DNA of 64,000 nt from assembly GCA_964016885.1 (NCBI GenBank), contig OZ024743.1:69998001-70062000 (forward strand), read 5' to 3'. Below are positions 42,489-58,545 of this stretch, piece by piece. The position numbers and the translations under genes were made by a program. Below the pieces are notes generated by a model. That model did not search any database. It was not told where the DNA came from and saw nothing but the letters and a program-made list of their open reading frames with translations. The DNA comes from Eledone cirrhosa. Lineage: Eukaryota. How positions within the stretch are numbered: the stretch's first letter is position 1; each line of letters starts with the position of its first letter.

Positions 42489-43090
42489 TGGCTGACAACT
42501 CGTTTTCGAGTACGGCCACTACTTTATATCCATGTAGGAGAACCCCTACCGATGCGCTGAACGAGTGTGACTTTTTAGTCCAGCCAGCGACTTGAAAACT
42601 CTGGTACAAACACTACACTTGTGACAATTATTGACACATAGTGCTGGGCCCATGGTACCATGTGACGACAAGTGCAGAGAGATCTCCAGATATAAAGCAA
42701 TGCCTGTGCTGTGAAGCTTTTATAGTGAGCAAAGGCACTGCACAAAGCCAGTCCCACTCTCTTAACCAAGATGATATTAACCAAAAAGAAGAACAAGTCA
42801 ACATCATTGGATACCATCAGGGTTGCAGGTGTTATATCAGAGTTTTCCTTCTCCTAGAATTCTGTCTTGACAAAGGCTAAGGGGTCATCTCTCCCGGTGA
42901 TTTTGGATGGCCAATGACTCTTAAGAGCTCCTTTGCCCTTTGACAGGTTTTGTTTTTAGTCCTGCAGGATGTCCAAAGTCACCCTCCTCACCAAGAAACC
43001 TTGGTGTAGTTGCCAGTTTAGTCGCCAACGACGCGACCATGAGACAGGTTGTACTTGGATACATGTTACCAGTAGCACCAACTGGTGAGT
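42485..43090 (-). mobile_element. non-autonomous RTE-related retroelement (SINE-like), copy 1
   Basis: Near-identical to 48083-48542; contains TCTAGGAGAAGGAAAACTCTGA, a motif I associate with RTE 5' UTRs; 3' end GAGTTGTCAGCCACCA runs into (CA)n. Confidence 0.65.
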
Positions 43091-43268
43091 GTTTGTATAT
43101 ATATATATATGTATATCAATGGATGAGATATATATAATACTAGTTAACACCAGTGAGCCAATTATAAAACTTATCATTCTATATTAACAGAAGTTGAATT
43201 TACATGTTATGATAAGAATTCTCTGTCCTACGGTTAACCTTAGAACAGAGATTCATTTTAATATGTAT

Positions 43269-43313
<45 letters not shown>

Positions 43314-43579
43314 ATATAATTATATATATATAATTGTATCCATTGATTCTAAAGACTTAGTCATGTAAGACCTTTCTCAAACTTATTTTTCTTTCTTGAG
43401 TCGTTAGTACTTAGCCGTCTGAAGCATTGATCGATATTGCAGTCGGGTCCGTTGCCGTCCACCTCTTTAGACTGGTCATTCAACAAAATGATGGTCCTGA
43501 GCCAATCCTCTGTGAAACACGCATAACAGGTGGGTACACAATAAAAAATTACCTATAAACGAAATTTTATTGTTTCATA

Positions 43580-43629
<50 letters not shown>

Positions 43630-43633
43630 ATGC

Positions 43634-43665
<32 letters not shown>

Positions 43666-44136
43666 CTAAGTGTATGTGTGTTTTTTTTATATGACACAAA
43701 TTATACATTTTTGGTGAAAGTGTGATCTACTTACATCAACCCCAACATATGACTGATACTTTATCTTATCGAGCACGGATGGACGAATATCTCGGTTAAT
43801 GTTAGTAACGTTTAAACTGGGTTAATAAACCAACAAAGGAAATCATATGTTTAACGTTGAGACAACAAACCAACTGAAAATGACAGCCGCTTCTTCAATA
43901 CAATGCTGTTAATATTTCTCTGAAAAAAAAAAAAAAACCCACTCACTTCTATCATGATTTTATTGAAGAATCTTTGTTAAGTTATTTATTTAAAGAACAG
44001 ATTAATAATGGAAAAATTAATTATGTTATTAAATCACTCCAAATATTTTATTGCTTTCAAAATTTTCATTAGAAACATAGTAATTAACTGGTTTATTTAC
44101 TAGCGTTCATCGTTGTCAATACCTGCAACTCCTGAT

Positions 44137-44388
44137 CAGCCGTTAGCACTCAGCCGTTAGTACTCAGCCATTAGCACTCAGCCGATAGTACTCAGTCATA
44201 GCACTCAGCTGTTAGCACTCAACCGTTAGCACTCATCCGTTAGTACTCAGGCGTTAACACTCTGTCGTTAGCACTCAGCCGTTAGCACTCAGTCATTGAT
44301 ACTCAGTCGATAGCACTCAGTCATTAGTACTTAGCCGTTAACACTCTGTCGTTAGCATTCAACCGTTAGTTCTCAGTCGTTAGCATTG
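44137..44388. repeat. 14-bp minisatellite (CAGCCGTTAGCACT)n, about 18 degenerate units
   Basis: Direct reading. Confidence 0.9.
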
Positions 44389-44499
44389 AATTTGGATTAA
44401 ATAATTGTTTATAATGTATACTGAGAAAAAAGATTACAAAAGAAAAATCAAGACAAAGGAAGAAGGAGAGAGATGGGGAGGCATCCACATCTACATCTG

Positions 44500-45865
44500 T
44501 CATGGTACATTTTGGCCCAGGTTTCCCCTCTCGTGGGAACAGCAAAAGACTAGACGGCATGACCATCTTCCTGTTCCGCGCTGGTAAACCCCTCATCTGA
44601 GATGTCACATGCAGCAACACAATCTCCAGCGACAACCTGGTGCTGTCAACTACTAACCCAGGCTCTGTTGTATTTCGTGCCGAGGAAGAGAAACTCTCCA
44701 AATATGAGTCGCTCTTCGACAGGTTTGCAGTCGAGCTCGTATACGTGGAGACTTCTAGTATCCTTGGCCTTAGGACCACCTCGCTATTCACCACCTTCAG
44801 CACCCCGTAGCAGTGGAAGCTTCTGATATCCTTGGCCCTAGGACCACCTCCCTACTCACCACCTTCAGCACCCCGTAGCAGTGGAAGCTTCTGATATCCT
44901 TGGCCTTAGGACCACCTCCCTACTCACCACCTTCAGCACCCCGTAGCAGTGGAAGCTTCTGATATCCTTGGCCTTAGGACCACCTCGCTATTCACCACCT
45001 TCAGCACCCCGTAGCAGTGGAAGCTTCTGATATCCTTGGCCCTAGGACCACCTCCCTACTCACCACCTTCAGCACCCCGTAGCAGTGGAAGCTTCTGATA
45101 TCCTTGGCCTTAGGACCACCTCCCTACTCACCACCTTCAGCACCCCGTAGCAGTGGAAGCTTCTGATATCCTTGGCCCTAGGACCACCTCCCTACTCACC
45201 ACCTTCAGCACCCCGTAGCAGTGGAGACTTCTGATATCCTTGGCCCTAGGACCACCTCCCTACTCACCACCTTCAGCACCCCGTAACAGTGGAGGCTTCT
45301 GATATCCTTGGCCCTAGGACCACCTCCCTACTCACCACCTTCAGCACCCCGTAGCAGTGGAAGCTTCTGATATTCTTGGCCTTAGGACCACCTCCCTACT
45401 CACCACCTTCAGCACCCCGTAACAGTGGAGGCTTCTGATATCCTTGGCCCTAGGACCACCTCCTTACTCACCACCTTCAGCACCCCGTAGCAGTGGAAGC
45501 TTCTGATATCCTTTGCCTTAGGACCACCTCCCTACTCACCACCTTCAGCACCCCGTAGCAGTGGAGGCTTCTGATATCCTTGGCCCTAGGACCACCTCCT
45601 TACTCACCACCTTCAGCACCCCGTAGCAGTGGAAGCTTCTGATATCCTTGGCCCTAGCACCACCTCCCTACTCACCACCTTCAGCACCCCGTAGCAGTGG
45701 AGGCTTCTGATATCCTTGGCCCTAGGACAACCTCCCTACTCACCACCATCTGCACAGTGTTGGCTACCCGTATGTGTTAGCTTCACGAGCTGGAATGTAT
45801 CTTCCAACACGTCTCTCTCACCATCCTCTAAGAAAATGCCTTCTCTATTCTGTCCACCGGGGACG
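44500..45865 (+). mobile_element. CRE-clade LINE 3' fragment (restriction-like endonuclease), interrupted by a tandem expansion
   Basis: Reads DGMTIFLFRAGKPLI*DVTCSNT...AEEEKLSKYESL...VETSSILG before the array and IFQHVSLTIL*ENAFSIL after it. Confidence 0.8.
44745..45750. repeat. 68-bp tandem repeat, about 15 units
   Basis: Unit GTGGAAGCTTCTGATATCCTTGGCCCTAGGACCACCTCCCTACTCACCACCTTCAGCACCCCGTAGCA; starts at 44813 and 44881 give the period. Confidence 0.95.
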
Positions 45866-45949
45866 CGGGGCGGCCAGTGGGTGTTGTTGTTGTTACAGCT
45901 CACACCTCCTCCAAGATATATCTCGTGGGAGGTGTCTTGGGTAATTTAA

Positions 45950-46118
45950 TGATAGGTACCCCAGTCCTATCATCTCATTTCTACAGCTGAATAAACTGGA
46001 GCAACGTGAAATAAAGTGTCTTGCTCAAGGAAACAACACATCACCCGATCAGAGAATTGAACTCACAACCTTTCGATTGGAAGCCCAATGCTCTAACCAC
46101 TAAGCCAAGCGCCTTCAT
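45950..46118 (-). mobile_element. tRNA-derived SINE (family B-type head)
   Basis: Reverse strand GGCGCTTGGCTTAGTGGTTAGAGC, GAGTTCAATTC, CCTTGAGCAAGACACTTTATTTCACGTTGCTCCAG. Confidence 0.8.
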
Positions 46119-46280
46119 GCCAGCGGGTGGGTCCTAATATTAAGAGATGGGGAGAGCAGGAGAGACGGAAGCAGTGACAGTGGCAGTTTGGTTGCGTTGT
46201 GTGCGGACCTGGTGTGTACGTATATAAATATATTCATTTACCACACCACATGTTACATACATATACACACTGTACCGTAT

Positions 46281-46472
46281 TGGTGGATTGGCAGTATCGA
46301 TAGAGGGTCGGCCACCATGCTTTGCAGCATAGAGTTACGGCCCTTTATGATCTGAGTTCAAATCCCGCCGAGGTTAACTTTACGTTTCATCCTTACGAGG
46401 TCGATAAAATAAAGCACCAGTAATGCACTGATTTAATTGCTGGCATTTTTCCAAAAGTAGAAACAATTATTA
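46281..46472 (+). mobile_element. SINE family A
   Basis: GGTGGATTGGCAGTATCGATAG, GAGTTCAAATCCCGCCGAGG, GATAAAATAAAG. Confidence 0.85.
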
Positions 46473-46999
46473 AAAATTACCTTGAATTTTTCAGTAGAGG
46501 GGCCTGCCATATGATGAGGTTGAGGCATATCTTATAGGGACGATAGCTACGTAGAGTATTCAGCACTACCCGCTGTATCAGCCACCATACCTCAGAAGTT
46601 GGCTTCCTCGGACATGATGTCCTCTTCTTAATTTGGCGAAGAAAGACGGCAGCCCTCGGAATGCAAAACTTAAATTATGTTCTGTGTTCAACCAACCATG
46701 ACGACAATTCAATCTTCACTTTCCTATCCAACATCTCAAATAAACAGGTGCCCCTCACTAATACCCGTACCTCTCAACCCTCTCTACTACACCAATCAAC
46801 ATACGCTAGCAGGAGTAAGTGGTGTTATCCTATTTATAAACACATTGAAAGTATTTTTTCAGTTATTTCACCCTAGCAGAATCTGCCACGCACGAGTGAA
46901 TACCACTTGTTTCAGTGCCGTTAATGCAGAATTAGTCACACTCTACTGAACAACAAGGACTTCATTAAGTAGACAAAAGCCAAATGAAAGAAAGTACAT

Positions 47000-47690
47000 A
47001 CAACGATAAGAACAACAACTATAACAACAACAATAACAACAACAGCAACAACAACGCTAACAACAACAGTAACAACAGCATTAACAACAAGGATAACAAC
47101 AACGATAACAACAACAGTAACAATAACGATGACAACAACAGTAACAACAAGGCTAATAACAACAACAGTAACAACAACGATAACAACAACAGCAACAACA
47201 ACGCTAACAACAACAACAACACTAACAACAACGATAACAACAACAGCAACAACAACGCTAACAACAACAACAGCAACAACAACTCTAACAACAACAACAG
47301 TAACAACAACGCTAACAACAACATCAGTAACAACAAGGATAACAACAACAACAGCAGTAACAACAACTATAACAACAACAACAGTAACAACAACTATAAC
47401 AACAGCAACAATAACGATAACAACAGCAGAAATAACAATAATAACAACAGCAACAATAACGATAACAACAACAGCAGAAATAACAACAATAACTACAACC
47501 TCAGCTGTAACAGCAACGATAACAACAACAACAACAACAGCAGCAACAAGAATATCAACATGAGAAACAAGAATAGCAACAAGAATAATAACAGGAGTAA
47601 CAACAATAACAACAACGGGAATTACAACAGTAACAATAGCAAAAACAACAGTAACAATAACAACAGCAATAGCAACAGCAACATAATGAT
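47000..47690. repeat. degenerate (AAC)n trinucleotide repeat
   Basis: Source of the poly-N, poly-T and poly-L ORFs. Confidence 0.95.
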
Positions 47691-48082
47691 AAGAAAACTA
47701 GAGAAAGATATTTTCTGAATCATATCTCGTGACATTGTCATTTTCTGACGCAAACGCACATGCATATATACATATATACACATATACATATGTAGATAGA
47801 TACATATATACATATATACATATATACATATATACATATGTAGATATATACATATATACATATGTAGATATATACATATATACATATATACATATGTACA
47901 TATATACATATATACGTATGTTCGTATATACATATATACATATGTACATATATACATATACACATATATACATATGTACATATGTATATATGTATATATG
48001 TACATATATACATATATACATATATACATATACATATATTTATACATATATATACATACATACATATATATATACACGTACA

Positions 48083-48539
48083 TGGTGGCTGCCAACAACT
48101 CGTTTTCGAGCACGGCCACTACTTTATATCCATGTAGGAGAACCCCTACCGAAGCGCTGAACGAGTGTGACTTTTTAGTCCAGCCAGCGACTTGAAAACT
48201 CTGGTACAAACACTACACTTGTGACAATTATTGACACATAGTGCTAGGCCCATGGTACCATGTGATGACAAGTGCAGAGAGATCTCCAGATATAAAGCAA
48301 TGCCTGTGCTGTGAAGCTTTTATAGTGAGCAAAGGCACTGCACAAAGCCAGTCCCACTCTCTTAACCAAGATGATATTTACCAAAAAGAAGAACAAGTCA
48401 ACATCATTGGATACCATCAGGGTTGCAGGTGTTATATCAGAGTTTTCCTCTCCTAGAATTCTGTCTTGACAAAGGCTAAGGGGTCATCTCTCCCGGTGAT
48501 TTTGGATGGCCATTGACTCTTAAGAGCTCCTTTGCCCTT

Positions 48540-48542
<3 letters not shown>
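48083..48542 (-). mobile_element. non-autonomous RTE-related retroelement, copy 2 (shorter at its 5' end)
   Basis: Near-identical to 42485-42942; flanked by (TACATA)n and (TA)n. Confidence 0.65.
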
Positions 48543-48598
<56 letters not shown>

Positions 48599-48669
48599 TG
48601 ATGGCTGCCCCCTCGTTATCGAATATGGCAATTACACGAGAGAAAAAAATATAATAACAATAACGATAA

Positions 48670-49070
48670 TAATTGTTTCTACATTTGGTACAAGGCCAGC
48701 ATTATCCCAGTGCATTACTGGTACTTTATTTTATCGACCCCGTAAGGATGAAAGGCAAAACGATAATAATAATTGTTTCTACTTTTGGCACAAGGCCAGC
48801 AATTTCCCAGTACATTACTGGTACTTTATTTTATCGACCCCGTAAGGATGAAAGGCAAAGTTAACCTCGGTGGGTGTTGAACTCAGACCATAAAGGGCCG
48901 TAACTAATAATAATGGTATAGGCACAAAGCCAGCAATTTTGGGGGAGGGGGAAAGTCGAATAAATCGACCCAAGTGCGTGACTGGTACTTTATTTTATCG
49001 ACACCGTAAGCATGAAAGGCAAAGTTAACCTCGACGGGATTTACACTCAGACCGTAAAGGGATGTAACTA
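48670..49070 (-). mobile_element. three tandem 5'-truncated SINE family A copies
   Basis: AAGGCCAGC...ACTGGTACTTTATTTTATCGAC...GAAAGGCAAA recurs at about 48690, 48790 and 48925-49020, separated by TAA tails. Confidence 0.85.
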
Positions 49071-49374
49071 TGTTAAAAAGCATGGGAGCGAAGGGCCCCC
49101 CAGTTGTTGTCACAACACTTTTCTAGGAGAGGGAAACTCTGAAAAAAAACCTGCGGCTTCGGAAGCATCCGATTATGTTGATCATATGCATACATACACA
49201 CATATACACATACATACATACATGCAATCAGACAGCCATATATACATACATACTGACAGACAGACATACATATTTGCAGACATACAGACATACATTCATA
49301 CAAACAGACAGACATATACATACATACATACAGACAGAGAGACAGACAGACAGACAGACGAAACCAAACATCAG

Positions 49375-51140
49375 TCTATAGAGATATGAAGGGCAAAATA
49401 AGTGTCACTGAGGCCCCATCCCAGAAAGACATAGATTCCTTTTGGAGAAAAAATGGGGTGAAAAGAAGAATTTCAACCAAGATGCAGTGTGGGTAAGAGA
49501 AATCCGAAAGAACTATTGCTCCTACACTACAACAAAAACATACGAAATAAGTGAGGGTACTCTTGAGGCTGTGATAGGAAAACTCTAAGATAAGTAAACA
49601 CCAGGAAGAGACATGATTGTCGGCTACTGGTACCAAAAACTAATATTCTATCGGAGGTATCTTACTGACCTCTACCAACAAGTTCTTAAGGGAGATACAC
49701 TTATACCAGAATTGTTGACATTAGCACAAACGTTACTGGTCCCCAAAAACAAAGACACCCACTTGGCAAAAAACTACCGATCCATTGCATGCCAGAACCT
49801 GATGTATAAGATGTATACAGCCTGCCTGAACCTATTCCTCCAAGATCACTGTGAAAATAATAACATCATCATAGATGAACAAGCAGCTGGTAAGAAAGGG
49901 GTTTGGAGATGTGCTGAACAACTCCTAATCAACAAAACTGCGATGTGGGAGGTGCGACAACTTAGGAGGAATATGACTACAGTCTGACTGGACTACAGGA
50001 AAGCTTTCGATTCTGTTCCCCACTCTTGGATGATAGAGGCCCTCCAACTTGCTAAAGTCCCAGACATTATTGTCAGTCATAGAGATGTTAAAGACAGAGA
50101 GGGATGACTCTATTTTCACTGATAAAATAAAATATTGCAGGGGTATATTTCAGGGGACATTCTCTGTGTGATATTTTTCATCTTGTCATTAAACCCCTTG
50201 TCCTTTCTGCTCAAGAAATGTGAGGGATACAGGAGGACAGAAATACAAACCTAACCCATAATTTCTTTGTGGATGATCTGAAACTCTATGCCAAGAGCAT
50301 GGATGTGATGAAGAAAAATCTCGACCTGGTTACAACGTTCTCAAAGGATATAGGAATGGAGTTTGGCCAAGATAAATGCTCATACATGACTGTAAAGCGG
50401 GGAAAAACAACAACCCAATCTAGCAACATTGTCATCAATGGTCTAACTGTTTCACCGATATCTGATGAGGACTGCTACAGATACCTGGGGATAGATGAGA
50501 ACATATCCTATACTGGTATCTGTAATAAAGAACGCGTAACCAGGGAATACTACACACGATTAAGAAAGATCTGGTCATCGGAACTCTCTGCGTAAAACAA
50601 AACAGTGGCTCACAATGTGTTTGCTGTGCCTGTCCTAACACCAACGTTTCGAATACTCAATTTGACGATAGACGAAATACAAGCAGTTGATGTTGGAACT
50701 CGAAAAATACTGAAAAACACGGGAAACTTCCACATCAACAGTGACATAGACCGCCTTTACTTGAAACGTAAGCAGGGAGGCAGAGGCCTAACATCAGTCC
50801 AGACAACATTTGAATGTCACATCATATCTCTCTGAAAACTTCTACGAACCTCGAAGCGTAGGAGCCCGTTTCTCGAGCAAGTCTATCTGCATGAAACAGA
50901 TAAGATCATGAGAGTTGCGAAGGAACTCCTTGAGAGATATTCCCTGTGTGATAATCAAAAACTCACACCCAGGGATGTCGCTCAGCAGTATCGCAGTGAA
51001 TCCATGGATAAAAAACTGCATACCTATCAGCAAAAAATCATGCATGGATATGTTGCCAGGAAGCTCAAGAATGAGAGTAATATAGACAAGGAAAGTAGTC
51101 TATCTTGGACCAATAACCGCTATATTGGCTCCCACTTTTG
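49375..51140 (+). mobile_element. R4/Dong-clade LINE reverse transcriptase, degenerate
   Basis: Motifs NYRSIACQNLMYKMYT, EQLLINK, LDYRKAFDSVPHSW, GIFQG, FVDDLKLYA, DIGMEFGQDKC, YRYLGI and LYLKRKQGGRGL; several stops and frameshifts. Confidence 0.9.
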
Positions 51141-51469
51141 CAATCCAGGAGTATCCTAAGTATCCTATAGACTGAAGTCAATTGTTTGTGATTGTGTACA
51201 TAGGGGCCCCAGTATATTGCTTACCCTGCGGCCTATAAATATTTTGATTATAGCACAAGGCCAGTAATTTTGGGGAGGTGAAAGCCAACTAAATCAACAC
51301 CAGTATTTGAATAGCCCCATATTGTAGTGTCCCCGAAAGAATGACAATTTTATATGGGCGTCATTTTAATTCAGGGCTTAAAGTGCAGTAATTAAATGTG
51401 GCAGCAAGATAAATTTTAAGAGCAAAACCAACCAGCAGGTGTTCCCGATGTAGACCACAGTCAAGATGG

Positions 51470-51712
51470 TTAGATAAAATTCATGACCTCGTTGGTCTCG
51501 CTTGGGAATACAACCGGATACATTGGAAACGTTTGCTTCTGATAGGACCCTCTAGAAAGCGTGTCTGGAGATCCTGCGCACAGGACCCTCACAGAAATAA
51601 GTTGGGGAAAATGATAATAATAATAATAATAATTATTATTATTATTATTATTGGAGACGATTGGTTCTGACAAGACTCGCTGGAAGTATTGTTTGAGAAC
51701 TCTGTCTTAACG

Positions 51713-51781
<69 letters not shown>

Positions 51782-51810
51782 AAGAAGAAGAAGAAGAAGA
51801 AGAAGAAGAA
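51470..51810 (+). mobile_element. dimeric RTE-like 3' end: monomer, (TAA)n(TTA)n, monomer, (CT)n(GAA)n
   Basis: Same two-part organisation as 56665-56980 on the minus strand. Confidence 0.6.
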
Positions 51811-53297
51811 GCTCAAGTGATTGTTCCAAATCCACCGCCACGGCCCTAGAAAGATTTTACTCAATTTGATGGTCCGATGTACCCGCCCAGCCGAATTGCT
51901 ATACCTGTGGTAATAAATACGACTGGAGAGTTTTCTGGCCTTACGAAAAAAAAAAATTAAATATTGTAGGGGTTATTGATAGACAGCAGCGGTAGGTGTA
52001 GTGTCAACAGCACGACCCTGAGGTGAAAGCGGCAGGGAATAGGTTGATGGGTGTTTGAGATTTTACCATTGCATTCACATTTCTACGAGTTTCCCCAGAG
52101 AGGATAGTTAGAGCAGAATAATTAATTGTCTTGCCCCTTTAGAGTCGGAATTCAAATCCTGCCTTTTCCTTACGGGGTCGATAAAATAAAGTACCAGTAA
52201 TACATTGGGGAAATTGCTGGCCTTGTGCCAATAGTAGGAACAATTATTAGAAACATCACGAATAAGGGACCGATGAGAGGGGTTACGGAGAGGTGGTGGA
52301 TTTATTTCCCCAGAAAAGAGGCGACTCAAAGGTTCAAGAAGCAGATCCATCGTCGGGGAGTTAAACAACGAAGGGGATGTAAAGCCTGAAAAAAACATTT
52401 GAATATTATAGGAAGAGAAATGAGGTTCCCCCAAAAGGGAATTTGAACTTAGACCATTATGGTGTCCGACCCTCTACTGATACTGCCAATCCACCGCCAC
52501 TAATAATCGATAAGTAATTATATTGACCAGCGTATTTGTAACATCACTTTAAATGCTTTTTTGCGATTCATTCCCGCTCAATGCACTCTGATTTCAAATC
52601 TCGCTGAAGTCAACTATGCTCTTCGTCCTTGCAAGTTCGATAACAAAAAGAGTTTTTTCGTCACCTATATCTCTTTTTCCTATTTAGTAAGGACTTTCTA
52701 CAATCTGATTTCAAATCTTGTCTAGGTCATCCTACCGGCGTCGTTTACATAAAGTACCAGTTAATTCCTGGGTTAGATATAATCGACTTTCTCTTTCCTC
52801 GACATTGCTGGCCTTGTTTCTAAGTTAGAAAGAATTATTAATAAAATGATTATTAAAGTTTTATTATTTAAAAGTTATATTCGTTCCTAATTAAACATAT
52901 TTCCCAATATTCGCATTAACGTATTCATGATTTGAAAATATCAATATTTATTTGTTGGTTCCTTCCTTGAATTATTTTCACAAAGAAAGTCAATATAGAA
53001 ATATTCACTGTTAAATTTTATTCTCACGTCATTATAAAGATATTGACTGCAAAAATGTTTTTCTCACGTCATTATACATTACTAAATATGTTTTTTATTC
53101 ATAACTATAGACAACGTGTGTTATGATGTGCTACCTTCAGCCGAACTGCCACATTCTTCCTGCAAATCATAAACATCTTGCTAGTCAGTAGATTTTCTTT
53201 AACATGTGGCCCTCATAAATGTGAAAGGTCTAGCTATGATAGAGTGATGCTTTCAGCTTATAATATTAAAAAATACAGTACTTTTCAGTAGTAGTAG

Positions 53298-53345
<48 letters not shown>

Positions 53346-53401
53346 TTTTAAAGTAGTGACTATGTCACTTACTTCTTTTCTTCGGCGAAAGAAGGGAGAG
53401 A

Positions 53402-53447
53402 AGCTAACAAACTGTCTGTTTCACGCTGTTGGCGATCATCAGAGCAA
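53402..53447 (-). ncRNA. minimal hammerhead-like motif
   Basis: Minus strand GCT-CTGATGA-TCGC-CAACA-GCGT-GAAA-CAGACAGTTTG-TT-AGC. Confidence 0.6.
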
Positions 53448-53586
53448 CGTATTCCCCACTTTCGCCGAAGATTGTAGAAGCTGGATTCTTATAGAATTCT
53501 AGTAATAATTAGGAGCTGATTATACAGAGCGATTACCGCTATATATATAAATATATATATATCTATATATATGTATATATATATAC

Positions 53587-56085
<2,499 letters not shown>

Positions 56086-56089
<4 letters not shown>

Positions 56090-56357
56090 CTTATAGAATT
56101 CCAGTAATAATCAGGAACTGATTATACAGAGCGGTTGCCGGTCAAGCAAAAGTTGAAAATTAGAATTGGTGCTCTGAAATAGCGATATATATATGAACAA
56201 TTAATTAAGCATACAGTGTATTTCAAAATACACTATATATACATTAATATATATATATCGCTATTTCAGGGCACTAATTCTAATTTTCAAATTTTGCTTG
56301 GCCGGCAACCCCTCTGTATAATCAGTTCCTGATTATTACTGGAATTCTATAAGAATC
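56086..56357. repeat. fold-back cassette abutting the PLE 5' inversion
   Basis: Arms about 56086-56193 and 56250-56357. Confidence 0.85.
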
Positions 56358-56663
56358 GAACATTCATAATTTTTAGCTAGCAGGCGGAGTAGTTAGCTTT
56401 GATAAGTACTGATACTGATCCATTATTTAGCGACCTCGAATGTATGAAAGGCGAAGTTGACCTCGGCAGGATTTGAAATAAGAGAGCAAAGTGCCGGAAC
56501 TAATACCGGAATATATTCTATCCAACTCTGCCAATTCCTTGTTATATGTCTTGCAGTGATGTCACGTGGCTTACTGGTCATGTTGTTATACACGGTGGTA
56601 CATTATGTTCTTGATTAAGATGATTTATTTTACATTTCTGCAATCAATCAGTTTTGTCAAACA

Positions 56664-56664
<1 letters not shown>

Positions 56665-56694
<30 letters not shown>

Positions 56695-56980
56695 CTTCTT
56701 CTTCTTCTTCTTCTTGAGCGAATCGTTGGGGCAGAGTCCTCAAACAATACTTCTGACAGGAGTCCTGTCAGAAGCAACTGTCTCCAATAATAAAAATAAT
56801 AATTATTATTATCATTTTCCCCCTCTTATTCCTGAGAGGGTCTTGGGGGAAGAATACTCAAACACTCATTCCAGCGGGTCCAGTCAAAAGCAACAGTCCT
56901 CAAATGATCATGCTGGATCCCCAACTGAGTCCAGCAGAGCTCATGGAAGTTATCTCACCATCTTACTTGGGATCTACCCC
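56665..56980 (-). mobile_element. dimeric RTE-like 3' end with (GAA)n tail
   Basis: Same organisation as 51470-51810. Confidence 0.6.
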
Positions 56981-57342
56981 TGGATTTGCTGGCGGTTAGT
57001 TTTGCCCGTAAAATCTGTACAGTGATTATTTCCAGAGACTGAATCTACCTGATAACCACGTTAAGGATACACGTGTGTCTGGAATGATCAGGCATATGCA
57101 TTTTAATTCACAACGGCCCGATTCGAGGGTCGAACAACTGGAACACTCATCGTTGCAACTGACGGAGGTCTAATATTCAGAAACATATTTCATGTGAATG
57201 TTTATTTTTTCGGGTTTTCTTTTATTTATTTATTTATTTATGTATTTATTTATTTATTTATTATGTATCTTTTTAAAGCACTGTAGAATTTGATTTGGCA
57301 GGTATAGATGGTGTTTATATAGTCTAATATCTGTCTTTAACC

Positions 57343-57603
57343 CGGAGTTCATCAGGCTGGTGCTTATCCCCGTTTCCAAGGTGTTAAGTAACTGAGAACA
57401 CAAGATTCCTTCCTGGATAGGATGCCATTCCACCTCAAGGTTAAGCTCCCAGCTATTACTGGTACTCATTTTCAGCTGAGTATACTAGAGCAACGTGAAA
57501 TGAATAGTTTTGTACAAGAACACAACACACCCAGTCCAGGAATCGAACCCACAATATTATGTTCATAGATCGAACACACTTACTACCAAGCCACGCACTT
57601 CCA
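57343..57603 (-). mobile_element. tRNA-derived SINE (family B-type head)
   Basis: Reverse strand GTGCGTGGCTTGGTAGTAAG, GGTTCGATTCCTGG, TTCACGTTGCTCTAG, CTCAGCTGAAAATGAGTACC. Confidence 0.75.
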
Positions 57604-57739
57604 CTTGTTTATCCCTCAGAGGGAGATACGGCAAAGTTTCTCTCGAAGGGATATCAAATCAAATGTCAGAGCCATGAGGAATAACCACCACGGGTTATTC
57701 TAGCCGTTGCTCTACCGATTCATAACCTCTTGCACAATA

Positions 57740-57933
57740 TAATTGTTTCTACATTTGGCACAAGGCCAGCAATTACCCCAGTGTATTACTGGTGCTTTAT
57801 TTTATCGACTTCGTAAGGATGATGAAAGGCAAAGCAAATCTCGGTGGGATATGAACTCAGAACGTAAAGGGTCATAACTCTATGCTGAAAAGCATGGAGT
57901 CTGACACACTACCGATACTGCCAATCCACCGCC
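57740..57933 (-). mobile_element. SINE family A, full length
   Basis: Reverse strand GGCGGTGGATTGGCAGTATCGGTAG, CTGAGTTCATATCCC, GGCCTTGTGCC. Confidence 0.85.
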
Positions 57934-58097
57934 ATTGTAATATATAATGTTATGATAAATTGTATTGTTTCATATTACGTTAATTATATTCTTTGAGATA
58001 ATATATATATGAGACATACCGTATATTATATTAGTTTGAATATATTATATAGCTTCTTGTAATACATTGGTTAAGATTAGGTACATTTTTTAACATT

Positions 58098-58545
58098 AAT
58101 ATATTATATTATATTATATTATATTATATTATATTATATTATATTATATTATATTATATTATATTATATTATATTATATTATATTATATTATATTATATT
58201 ATATCATATTATATTATATTATATTATATTATATTATATTCTATTATATTATATTATATTATATTATATTATATTATATTATATTATATTATATTATATT
58301 ATATTATATTATATTATATTATATTATATTATATTATATTATATTATATTATATTATATTATATTATATTATATTATATTATATTATATTATATTATATT
58401 ATATTATATTATATTATATTATATTATATTATATTATATTATATTATATTATATTATATTATATTATATTATATTATATTATATTATATTATATTATATT
58501 ATATTATATTATATTATATTATATCATATTATATTATATTATATA
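58098..58545. repeat. (ATATT)n pentanucleotide array
   Basis: Nearly perfect, about 88 units. Confidence 0.97.

Noticed and set aside
44745-45750. CRISPR-like array (68-bp period)
   Set aside because: The whole unit is repeated with no variable spacer, and it derives from LINE coding sequence.
46030-46118. tRNA gene
   Set aside because: A and B boxes are present but run into a multi-copy SINE body, with no complete cloverleaf.
46984-47718. 244-aa Asn-rich ORF
   Set aside because: It is an (AAC)n expansion open in several frames, with no domain or splice support.
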